A DNA stretch of 64,000 nucleotides, from contig OX597823.1 of assembly GCA_951406725.2 (NCBI GenBank), positions 85,994,001 through 86,058,000 of the forward strand, in the 5' to 3' direction. How positions within the stretch are numbered: the stretch's first letter is position 1; each line of letters starts with the position of its first letter. Made by a program: the position numbers and the translations under genes. Positions 14,102-26,710 of this stretch are shown here, piece after piece. The stretch comes from Octopus vulgaris. Taxonomy: Eukaryota. The notes beneath the pieces were generated by a model, which had not been told where the DNA came from, did not search any database, and saw only the letters and a list, made by a program, of their open reading frames with translations.

Positions 14102-14254
14102 AAGAGATGGCCCCTTTATTGAAAGAAATGTAATGAAATTTCTTGCTGAGTGTGGGCTTCCCATTTCAGTGTTCTCGTTTGCATGAAATACATACTTCTT
14201 ACATATTTTGATAGAAAAAAATCAATTGTTTAATCCTATCAGTTCGATTGTTGG

Positions 14255-14715
14255 AATCCCGAGGTTTCGTGTTCGATCCCACAGCGGCGCACCTTTGGCA
14301 AGTGTCATCAATCATAGCTCAGTGACGACCTACATATTGTGAATGGGTTGCGTTGGCAAGACTAGAAGTCCTCTATGTGTGTGTATGTGGGTGTGTTTAT
14401 GTGTGTGTGTGTGTGTATGTGTGTTTGCATGTTCGCGCGCACGCGTGTTTATGCATGTATATACGTTTGCGTGTACGTGTATCTGTTTGCATTGACATCT
14501 GGTTGTAAACGAGTGTCACTGTCATGCAAGTGGTATCGTTCGCTTCCAGCACTTAGCCATCTGAGAAAATTTAACTTTGCTGGGAAGCAAGTGAGGGTTG
14601 GCGACAGAAAGAGCATCCGGCTGTAGAAATTATGCTTTAACGAATTTCGTCTATCCGATGCAACCTTGGCAAAATGAACGGCTAAATGACCATGGTAATG
14701 TTGATGATGGTGATG
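14255..14715 (+). mobile_element. SINE with a family-A-like head and internal (TG)n but a different (RTE-type?) tail ending in (GAT)n
   Basis: gttcgatcccacagcg...cacctttggcaagtgtc head; tail gggttggcgacagaaagagcatccggctgtagaaa...gatgatg. Confidence 0.6.
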
Positions 14716-14973
14716 TTAAATACGTCATAAATGTATATAATGAAGATTCCGCTGAATCAGGTACTTAAACTGAAGCCCCTTGCTAGAAACAGTTTAAATA
14801 ATTTCAGTTCCATTATTGAAATAAATATGTTAAGGAAATAGTTGTATCCTTTATGTTTGAAGTCTATGCGGTCATGTGGTGAGAACTGTTTCTTTCAATG
14901 TTTACATTAATTAAATAGAAGAGACGCTTGAAACGGCCGTAGCGAATTGACACCTGTACCTCTTTGTTACTCT

Positions 14974-15004
<31 letters not shown>

Positions 15005-15027
15005 ATGTGTGTGTGTGTGTGTTTGTG

Positions 15028-15200
15028 TATAAATTAGAGAAGAACCATGTAGCAATTCAACAATGATATAATTAAATCATGATATATAGAAAAAAATTAA
15101 ATATACGATATTTTTATCGTATCTTTAATTTTTTTCTTTATGGTATGATTTAATTATACCATTGTTGAATTGCTACATGGTGGTTCTTCTCTAATTTATA
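15028..15200. repeat. About 173-bp imperfect palindrome (foldback)
   Basis: Arm 15028-15110 is the reverse complement of 15115-15200, with a few substitutions and a 3-nt indel; 4-nt loop. Confidence 0.9.
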
Positions 15201-15282
15201 TACATGTATTATATATTGTGAAATTTGATTTAGTATTACTAAATTGAATTTTTCTCTGTAAGTTTAGAATCATATTCCCTAA

Positions 15283-16596
<1,314 letters not shown>

Positions 16597-16732
16597 TATA
16601 TATATATATATATATATGCCTTCTAATTATGCTATTGGCTTCTTTTGCCGAACGGCTAAGTTACTGGGACATAATAACACACACAAACACACACACATAT
16701 ACCTGTGTCTGCATATATACATACTCTCTCTC

Positions 16733-16965
16733 GAAGGCGGCGTGCTGGCAGAAACGTTAGCGCGCCAGGCGAAATGTTTAGCGGTATTTCGTCTGTCGTT
16801 ACGTTCTGAGTTCAAATTCCGCCGGGGTCGACTTTACTTTCATCCTTTCGGGGTCGATAAATAAAGTACCAGTTACGCACTGGTGTCGATGTAATCGACT
16901 TAATCCCTTTGTCTGTCCTTGTTTGTCCCCTCTATGTTTAGCCCCTTGTGGGCAGTAAAGAAATA
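16733..16965 (+). mobile_element. SINE family B monomer (tail1)
   Basis: Full head, body and tail1 match. Confidence 0.9.
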
Positions 16966-17663
16966 TATACATTCTCTTTCTCACTCACTCACTCTCTCAC
17001 CGTCTCTCTTTTATTCACAGCGTACCATAATATAAAACTATATCATTCAATATGGCTTTTCATTCTTAAAAGCTCTACAAGCATAAAGTGAAGCATATTT
17101 CGCTACTATTTCCAGCAGAACCACAAACCACTCAGTCATAACCCTCATTAGATTTAAAACAAATCTGTTAATTTCTGTTTACTTTCCGTTCATTTCTTTA
17201 TCGGTTTGTTTATTTATTTATTTATTTACTCACATAATTCACAAATTTGTCAGAGAAGGAAACAGTCGATTAAACAGGATCCAGTAAATAATTCTTTTTT
17301 GTATTTCCGGCAACGGCAGAAAGTTGAATGCGAGAAGATTTAATTGGAGCGTGACAGCATTAAACGGAACTAAACACAGAAGACTCTTTTTTTCACTTTT
17401 TCTGGGTTTTTTCTTTTTGTTTTGTTTTTTTACCATTCTTTCGCCCTTTTTTTTTCATTTTCCTTTATTTTTGTCTTTGTTTGTCGCTATCTCACTCTAC
17501 ACTTAACCCTTATTATTTACATAGTTATATATTCATTCACAAAGCCGCAAACGTTGTGAGAGGAATTGCCGATTAAATAAACACCAGAATTGATTTTTAT
17601 CAGTCCCCAAAGGGATGAAACATACAACTATTTCAGCTGGATATGAACTCAGAATGGTAACAA

Positions 17664-17730
<67 letters not shown>

Positions 17731-17744
17731 GAATATTATAAAAT

Positions 17745-17882
17745 ATCTTTTCTACTCTAGGCACAAGGCCCGAAATTTTGGGGGAGGGGGCCAGTCGATT
17801 ATATCGACTCCAGTACACAACTGGTACTTAATTTATCGACCCCCGAAAGGATGAAAGGCACAGTCGACCTCGGCGGAATTTG
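17745..17882 (-). mobile_element. SINE family B, 5'-truncated (tail2)
   Basis: tttctactctaggcacaaggcccgaaattttggggg...cctcggcggaatttg. Confidence 0.85.
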
Positions 17883-17909
17883 AAAACGAAATATCATCTC
17901 AATGTATCT

Positions 17910-18159
17910 TTTGTTTTTTTACTTGTTTGAGTCATTAGACTGTGGCCATGCTGGGGCACCGTCTTCAAGAACTTTTAGTCGAATAAACTAGACCCAGTAT
18001 TCATTCCATTTTTTTCTTAAAAACTAGTACTTATTCTATCGGCTTTGTTTACCGAACCGGTAGGTTAAGGGATGTAAACACACCAACACCGATAGTGATG
18101 GAGGACATACATAGACACAAAGGTACATACACACACACACACACACATATGTATGTATG

Positions 18160-18226
<67 letters not shown>

Positions 18227-18411
18227 GAAATTTAGAGGACTGACCACTAAAGTGGACAGCCTCTATGCTAAACATAGACGTCAAATCGCCATTACCACGA
18301 AGATTGTGTTCTCAAAATTTTGTATGTAACAATTTTTAATCTTCGGATTTTTCAAAAAATATGTTAAGCTACTGTTTTTCTACCCTTATTGCTTAATTTA
18401 TATATATATAT

Positions 18412-18481
<70 letters not shown>

Positions 18482-18712
18482 TGTTTTCCTGTTCGTCTCG
18501 ACTGTCACATTCTTTCCTTCTACCAAGCAAATCTAATGCCCATAGCTTAGCTTTTGCCTTGGGGCTGCCCTTTTCGGAGCAAATCTCAGAATTAAACAGC
18601 CGAAATTTGCCATGATGAATCGGTTTCTGACTGAAGAATGAAGGCTCTGAATTACTGTCCGTTTTTCCGTGTTTGTCAATTCGTGAATTTCACGTCCTTT
18701 ATATATAAGTTT

Positions 18713-18784
<72 letters not shown>

Positions 18785-18945
18785 ACATATATATGTATAT
18801 ATATATATGGGTTTCTTTCAGATTCCATCTACCAAATCCACTCTCATGGCTTTGGCTGGTCCTCGGCTATTGTAAAAGATACTTGCCCAAGGTGCCACGC
18901 AGTGGGACTGAACCCAGAGCCATGTGGTTGGGAAGCAAGCATCTT
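17910..18945 (-). mobile_element. SINE family A split by insertions in its internal microsatellite
   Basis: 3' half at 17910-18140 and 5' half at 18805-18945, separated by (TA)n tracts carrying non-microsatellite inserts at 18226-18398 and 18480-18715. Confidence 0.75.
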
Positions 18946-19431
18946 AACATTTAGTCACCTTACAGCATGTAGATCGTTGTTGTTGTTGCTGCAATTTCAG
19001 CTTAATCCTGCTTCTACCCTCAACGAGAAGAACCGTGATAGATAACGTTCCAACAATGACTATCTCATCAAATTTTAAGTATGTCACCCAGGATTATCGT
19101 AGAGAGGATGTCTGTTTTTTTTTTTGTTTTTCTTTTTATTAAAGGAAGGAGAAAAAGAGCATGGAAGCATGAGAGGAGGAGGATCCTTCTTGTTCTAACA
19201 AACCAAGCGTCCACGTAGAAGCTTCTTGAGTCACATAAAAGGGACTGCGGCCATGCTGGAGTACCTCTTTGAAGGATTTTAGTCGAACAAATCGACATCC
19301 AGGACTTATTTTCTTTAAAGCCTGGGACTTATTCTACCAGTCACTTTTGCTGAACCGCTAAGTGACTGAAACAAGTAAAAGAATAAAAGAATAGAAGAAT
19401 ATGTATAATTAATAACAACAACAACAACAAC

Positions 19432-19487
<56 letters not shown>

Positions 19488-19563
19488 TAATAATAATATA
19501 TATATATATAGTTTAACCGTAGTTAGTTCGTATATATATATATATAATTAATAATAATTATTA

Positions 19564-19604
<41 letters not shown>

Positions 19605-19610
<6 letters not shown>

Positions 19611-19740
19611 TATATGGGTACAGGATGTCACCAACGGTGCAAACAACATGAAATACGTAAACAACGAGAGAGAAAAATGGGAAACAGGACAGAGAAATGA
19701 CCCTTCATCAGTTGTTGGCTGTCTATCTACTCTGCGCGTG
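19605..19740 (-). mobile_element. Family E short repeat with CTGATGAAG
   Basis: Homologous in reverse to 24125-24300 (tacccatat, acaactgatgaag). Confidence 0.5.
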
Positions 19741-20429
19741 TCTATGTATGTATAGATGTTATATATGTACGCATCAATGTCCATCTACGTGTGTGTGTAT
19801 GTTTATAAATGTATGTATGGGTTCTGTCAAATGATTTTTTTTTTGTTTTTCGTTTCTTTTACTTTTCTAAGCCAGAGGCATATCGTAAGTCTACCGCGAA
19901 TTGTAAATATTTATCCTCAATGATTAATCATACACAATGTGTGAGCGAGTGTGCTTGCTTACGGGTATACGCGTGTGTGTGCGTTTCTGTGTATGTATGT
20001 GTGTGTGTGTGTGTGCGTTTCTGTGTATGTATGTGTGTGAGTGTATGTGTGTGTGTGTGTGTGTGTGTGGTTCGGCGATGACATGGACAACGACGTTGCG
20101 ATATATTGTCAGGTGTTACAGTCAGCCAGAAGCAGTATCGCGAGCTTTACACTACAGATGCCTCTATGCTAAAATGTTTAAAATTGTGTAAAGACAATTT
20201 CTACTGCTGTAGTAATCAATATAGAAGCGTATCACATAAGTGAGGCAATTTCGGTGCAACGAAATAACATAAATCGAGATATGGTATGATGTGAAATATA
20301 ATATAATCAAATATGATATAATTGTATTATAATGTAATGCAATATAATATAATGTATTATATCATAATGTTACGGTTTAAGCTTAATAAATTTATCCAAG
20401 TTAATCTTTATATATATAGATATATATTT

Positions 20430-20583
20430 ATATATATAGATGAATGGATGGATATATATATATAAATTGTTTTATATATATATATATATATATAGATGGA
20501 TGGATATATAGATATAAATTGTTATATATATATATATACATATATATAGATATAAATTGTTATATATATATATATATATACAT

Positions 20584-20618
<35 letters not shown>

Positions 20619-20700
20619 GATGGATGGATATATAGATATAAATTGTTATATATATATATATACATATAGATAGATATAAATTGTTATATATATATATATA
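20430..20700. repeat. Minisatellite-like repeat of GATATAAATTGTTATATATA built on (TA)n
   Basis: The unit recurs about five times. Confidence 0.8.
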
Positions 20701-20705
20701 TACAT

Positions 20706-20764
<59 letters not shown>

Positions 20765-20770
<6 letters not shown>

Positions 20771-20945
20771 ATCCAAACAAGAAAACACAAAAAAACACAG
20801 CAACGCGAGGACGTGGAACAAATAAAATATTATTGGACGCTCAGGAAAGAAGGGAAGAAGGAGGGTTTAACGTTTCGAGCGGAGCTCTTCGTCGGAAACA
20901 AAGGAGAAGGAAAGATCCCGAGAAGGGAAGACAGAGGGGGAAAAA
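20765..20945 (-). mobile_element. Family D repeat with a minimal hammerhead motif (20865-20899)
   Basis: Minus strand: gttt-CCGACGA-a-gagc-tcc-gctc-GAAAC-GTT-aaac. Flanked by (TA)n on both sides. Confidence 0.65.
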
Positions 20946-21009
<64 letters not shown>

Positions 21010-21122
21010 AATTGTGAGAGGTTATATTGATTGCTTAACATTATCAATATACGAATGTTAAAGGTTATATAATTGAGAAGGAATTATGCTACTTTTCTTT
21101 CGATAGGATCAGACCGCCCTCT

Positions 21123-21183
<61 letters not shown>

Positions 21184-21869
21184 TCTGTATTTTTCTCCCG
21201 TTCCCTCTCCCAGGCTCTTCGTTTTTTTACACGATTGTTTTAGCTTGATCTTATATTAACCGTTAAAACATTTTGCAAAGAGAAAAAAATAACCGTCTGC
21301 CCTCGCAACAAAAATAGAAATTTAAGTATTTACTTGATAGTTTTCTCTTATTTTTTTTTTTTCTTTGTTCAGCTGAAGTTATCTTACATTTATGCCTCTC
21401 TATCGCCTGCGTTCAAATCAAGTCAGCAGTCAACTTAACATTTCATCTCCCGCCGGTGATAGAGCAAAGTGTCAGAAGTAAGCACTGGGGCCGTAGATTA
21501 TCAAATAACCCCGCCATTCACCTTTATAATTCTTGGACCGGGCCTAAATCTGAGACCATTTACAGGGCAGCCGCTAAGCGGAACCATTTCAACAACAGAA
21601 AATGTACGTTGCGGTTTTTTGTTACGGATCTTTACGTTCTCAGTTCAAATACCACTGAGCTTAAATTGTTTCTTCAGTGAAGTGTAGTAACCAAATAATT
21701 GACTACAAATCTTTCCTATATAAAATGGCTTGGTGCCTAGTCTGGGGAGCCTTAATAGATTTATTTTTCAAGGGTTTTCTTCACGGTAGCTAACCGAGGG
21801 CAAAATAATAACCACAACAACCACAAAAAACCACTATGCCAATCACTGGAACACGAATAGGTACAAATA

Positions 21870-22025
21870 GCTGACATGTGTGTCTGCTTCCCAGCTACAT
21901 GTTTCTGAGATCTAGTCCCAATGCATTGGACCTTGGACAAGTGTCTTCAGGTATAACCTCAGACCGACCAAAGCCTTGTGAGTGGATTTGGTATGCTGAA
22001 ACAGAAAGAAGCCCGTCAAGTATAT
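21870..22025 (+). mobile_element. SINE family A 5' half
   Basis: ccttggacaagtgtcttc...aagccttgtgagtggatttgg...gaagcccgtc. Confidence 0.75.
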
Positions 22026-22029
22026 GGAC

Positions 22030-22985
22030 ATGTGTGGAGCCGTCGTGTCGGTGGGTGATTTGGTTGGTTTTTCGTTGGTGACTGGTTTGGTGGGTGGAGG
22101 GGAACCCGCTGCTTCTGTTTCCGATAGGCACTCGGCTTTAATGTGGTCTTTTTGGCCATATTTGTGGAAGCGTGGACGCGCTCTTCCACCATAACGCACA
22201 ATGTGGTGTCCACTGATGCTTATATTAAATCCAGCGGTTCATCGTGGTCCTTTGACTGGCCTGGATTGAAATGTCCATGACTTGGCCCTCACCAGTTTCG
22301 CTGGTGTAGCTTTGTGACCTGCAGGAGGGTTATTTTATTCTGCAGGCCTGGAAGAACGGGTGCCACCAGCCACAACCCGTCGATTTCTGGTGGAACTTCT
22401 ATTTTTATTCTCCAAGTTTGTTTTCCAAGATATCTCGGCATTAGCACTAGTACCGCCGACTTAAGAGGGACTGTGGAGTGTATTTTTGCCTCCTCCTCTG
22501 AAGCGAATCTAACTTCTATGCACCCATATTCTTTTCCTCTTACTACGTAGGTTGTCTCGTACCATATCACCCGTAGGTATTTTTTTTTCCATAGAGAAGA
22601 GTTCGGTTGTTTTTTTTTTTTCATTTTAATGACAGGGTTTTATATATAATGGTCTTCCTCTGAGTTATGGGTACAATTTCTCCGGGGGTTTGGGGTAGGT
22701 TTTACGCTATTTCCGTTCTTTTTCAACATAGTTTTCAATTTCTCTATTTCCATTATGTTGACGTTTAAAAGCTTTTGGTTTACAGTAGTTGTTTTCATTT
22801 TGTTGGTCGGGCCTTGTAGTCGTGTTAATTGTTGTCTTAGAGTTGTTTTCCTCATCCAGCACACTACTGAGAAGGGAGGAGGACATTTCTTCATACAATT
22901 CGTTCAACAGCTCAGTACTCTTATCCAAACTGGTGGCGTCGCCTTTTATGGCGTGAGCCTCCATATTTGAAATTATCAACGAAAC
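22030..22985 (-). pseudogene. Disrupted gag-like ORF1 of a non-LTR retrotransposon (L1/Tx1-like)
   Basis: Frameshifted ORFs give an RRM-like segment (IEVRFASEEEA...RIKIEVPPEI) and a degenerate zinc knuckle (RPRFHKYGQKDHIKAEC, resembling CxxCxxxxHxxxxC). Confidence 0.6.
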
Positions 22986-23051
<66 letters not shown>

Positions 23052-23127
23052 TCCATTTCCTGAGCGCCTATTAATAATAATACTGTAATTGTTCCATTGT
23101 TGTTGTTTTTTTGTTTCCCGTTTGGAT

Positions 23128-23189
<62 letters not shown>

Positions 23190-23196
<7 letters not shown>

Positions 23197-23375
23197 AGCC
23201 ACTACACACATTTTTTCTCTCCTTGTTTCTTTCCGTGTTCCTTTCTGCGGAAGAGCGTAGGCTCAAAACTTAGAAGACTTTTTCAATTTCTGAGCGTTAT
23301 ACTAATACATCTGTTTGTTTTCTACAACCTCTGTCTTCGTCTTTTGTTGTTTTTTTTTTCGTGAATTCTCCCCAT
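23190..23375 (+). mobile_element. Family D repeat with a degenerate hammerhead motif (23241-23276)
   Basis: cttt-CTGCGGA-a-gagc-gtag-gctc-AAAAC-TTA-gaag, followed by ctgagcgttatactaatac. Flanked by (TA)n. Confidence 0.6.
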
Positions 23376-24124
23376 ATATATATATATATATATATATATT
23401 TGACTTCCAAAATAGCAAAAATTTTTTAATTCTCCCCTTAAAAAAGGGGGGAATTTCACAAAAACAATTCCCTGCTAAGCAGGTATTGTGTTCGAACACA
23501 AGTAAAAAAGTAACATTAATCAAAATAGATACATACACGGTAAGAATTAGCAGCTCACAAGAGAACGTCTACATAGTCCAAACATTTGATCACTATAAAC
23601 AGATCATTTGTGCAGGTCGTTCGGTAAAAGCTTAAATCTCGAACGTCGTCTTGCACGGTAGAGTCTTTCATATATATGTATGTATGCGCGTGTATATGTG
23701 TATGTGTTCCTCTCTCTCCCTCTCTCTCTTTCTTTCTTTCTCTCTCTCTCGCTTTCTTTCACTCTCTTTTTCTCACTGTCTGTATATCTCTCCCTCTTTT
23801 TGTCTCTCTCGTTGCTCATACTTGACCATCGTCTATCTTTCTTTTCCTCACGTGACCACCTTTCTTTCCTGTATGGACCTTCTAAGGACGGGATGTCTCC
23901 TGTCTCTCTCTTCTATCTTTTCTGGTTTCAAAGAAAGTATTTCTCTCATCGTTCACTATGTTCCCCCCCCCCCTGTTCAGCTCTAACGACCCTCTATGTT
24001 TTCGTTCGGTTTCCGTGCATGTCTCCACTCTCCTGTTTTTGTTCCTAACTTTGACCCGCCATAAATCCAAAATTTTATCTTGGTATTTATAGGAACAACT
24101 GTCTTCGAAGACTCATATTATCTT

Positions 24125-24300
24125 TGATTGTTCGAAATAGGGAGTACAGAGCGACAACTGATGAAGAGTCGTTGTTTGTATTCTTTGTAATACTTGTCTT
24201 GTTTGTCATTTATTCTCTCGTTATTTGCGTATTTAACTCATTTGCTTTCGTATTTCATGTTTACTGTTGGTGACGTCATGTACCCATATACGCATATAAA
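24125..24300 (+). mobile_element. Family E short repeat with CTGATGAAG
   Basis: Homologous to 19605-19740. Confidence 0.5.
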
Positions 24301-24333
24301 TATATATTATTTATATTATTAGATAGATAGATA

Positions 24334-24801
24334 AGTTTCTTTCTTGGCCACACAGGGCTGCACACAGATGCGACAAGTTACAAGGTAGAGCTTTTCTTTT
24401 GGGGGATGAAAAAAACAAAAGGAACAAAAGAAAAGAGAAAGGAAAAAAGAAGAAAAAAGGGGAAGAGGAAAAAAAACGATCAATAAGGATCGTGTATCAC
24501 AGTTTTATGATATATGGTGTAAAGGAGAAAGCAAGTAAGGTTTATCCGTGGGAAGAAAAGCCTACGAAAAAGACCACGGTAACCTTGATCAATATTGTTA
24601 TATGTTACCACATTTGTTTGCAAGTAGGTAACCCTCTGTTTTCAATTTCTGGGTTCATAGGATTATGCTCAAGGTGGCTTCGTCATTCATACGTGCCATC
24701 CTTGCTACATTCACCCATCTTTTTTTAAAACATTCGCTAGACAAAACTTGCCTCTCTACTCTCACTTTCCTTTTCAAGTGGTACTTGAAGAAGTTGATGA
24801 G
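24334..24801 (-). mobile_element. 5'-truncated LINE (Tx1/L1-like) 3' fragment inserted in (GATA)n
   Basis: C-terminal-like peptide LINFFKYHLKRKVRVERQVLSSECFKKRW, then a pyrimidine-rich 3' UTR. GATA repeats on both flanks. Clade assignment is by resemblance only. Confidence 0.6.
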
Positions 24802-24854
<53 letters not shown>

Positions 24855-25022
24855 TTATAGTAGTTTGAATTAGCACCTCTTGAATTAGAGTTTCAAAGGT
24901 GTACTGGACGCGTCTATGTCGTCAGATGCTCTTAGCATTTGGAGTTGTCATTAAAAATACCTATAACTCCTACAAGACATGCTGAGTTCTCACTTCTTTC
25001 ACTTGATCCTTCACTTAAATGT

Positions 25023-25054
<32 letters not shown>

Positions 25055-25515
25055 CTAAATCCCTTAGCTATTTGCAATCCAACCTCTTGGTTTGATGAAA
25101 AAGCGTGGTAGGTTTCAATATGAGAAATTAGATTGAATCAATACCTCCCTACAGAAATTCTTGGCTTTGTTGCAATACAACAGCAAAAACTCGTAATTCG
25201 TTTATAAACCATAAAACATCCCTTATTCATTACTTAAATAATCTTCTGAATGTTTATATTGTGCTTGATAAGGTAAATTCGGTTTATATGACAGTTAATA
25301 TTCAGCGGACCTTAACCGTTTAATTACTTACAAAAGCCGATCTCACAATTTCACATTAATAATAAAGTGTGACACGTTGAACTCAAAACATTCCAATTCA
25401 CTGCACCCAAAGTATGAGTGGTAAGAACAAAAGGCACGTCTACATTATATATGTATGTGTATCTGTGTGTGTGTTTTTGCGAGTGTATGAGCGCGACGTA
25501 TTTATGTATAATTAA

Positions 25516-25584
<69 letters not shown>

Positions 25585-25609
25585 TGTATGTATATATGTA
25601 TGTATGTTT

Positions 25610-25639
25610 TAGTCTTTTGTTTATCTGTAAATTTCAATA

Positions 25640-25673
<34 letters not shown>

Positions 25674-25880
25674 AGTGTGTATAGTTGAAATTTACAGATA
25701 AATAAAAGGCGAAGACAGGTGTATAAACATCAAGTAGGTGTATTAGTTTGACGCTCGGGAAAGTGAGAAAGTTTTTTTACGTTTCGAGCCTACGCTCTTC
25801 AACAGAAAAGAATATGAAGAAATAAACACAGAGGGCATAAAAAGACATGTGGATTTAGCGATTAGTTACGGCGACTGGAT
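25610..25880 (-). mobile_element. Family D repeat with a minimal hammerhead motif (25774-25809)
   Basis: Minus strand: tttt-CTGTTGA-a-gagc-gtag-gctc-GAAAC-GTA-aaaa. Confidence 0.7.
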
Positions 25881-26023
25881 ATATACACACACTTAAATTT
25901 TTGTATGCTTATATACATATACGTATGTGTGTGTGTATGGATGTATATATACACAATAAATATAATATATAGATGCACACACACGCATATATATGTGTAT
26001 ATGTACGTATATATATATAAGTA

Positions 26024-26070
26024 GATAGTTTGACGATGGCTTAAGTGGCCGAAACTTCGAAGTCACAGTC
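26024..26070 (+). ncRNA. Type I hammerhead relic with palindromic stem III
   Basis: gatagt-TTGACGA-t-ggc..gcc-GAAAC-ttcgaa-GTC-acagtc; ACTTCGAAGT is a perfect palindrome. Confidence 0.6.
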
Positions 26071-26084
26071 AATAATGTAAGAAT

Positions 26085-26278
26085 AATATGTGAGGAAAGA
26101 GTGAGAGAAATTTGTGGCGAACGATTCAGCAGAAGTTTGCCATTACCTTCTGCCAGAGCCACGTGGAGCTTAGGTGTTTCTCACATAAGCACACACTTCG
26201 CCCAGTCTGAGATTCGAACCCGCGGAACCCTCGACCGCGAGTCTGTTGCTTTAACCACTAGGCCATGTCCCTCCACAT
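26085..26278 (-). mobile_element. SINE family C (tRNA-like head)
   Basis: Minus strand: ATGGCCTAGTGGTTAAAGCAACAGACTCGCGG...GGTTCGAATCTC...aagctccacgtgg. Confidence 0.75.
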
Positions 26279-26324
26279 AGTTCTTAATAGAAATGCAAAT
26301 ATCCTGAAAAGTCATATTCATTTG

Positions 26325-26710
26325 GTCTGTATTTACGTTTTGAGTTCAAGTTTCAGCGTTGTCGACTTCGGCTTTCATCCCTCCTAGGTCGATAAAATAA
26401 GTACCAGTTCAACAATGAGGTTGATGCAATCGACTTATCCCCTCCACCGAATTTACTGGCCTTTGCTTAAATCTTGAAACCACTATCTAACGAAGGAAAA
26501 GCGGCCCGCTAGCGAGCCGTTAGTAGGTCTGTCAAAATGCTTAACAACATTATGTCCGTCGAAGTTCTGAGTTCACATTCCACTGAGATTGACCTTGCCT
26601 TTTATCCTTTAAGAGTTGATAAAATAAGTACCAGTTAAACACTTGGGTTGATGTAATCGACCTACCGCATCCCTCGAAATTGCTGGCCTTCCGCCAACAT
26701 TTGAAACCAA
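26325..26710 (+). mobile_element. Two older SINE family B copies
   Basis: ctttcatccctcctaggtcgataaaataagtaccag and a second diverged unit. Confidence 0.7.
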
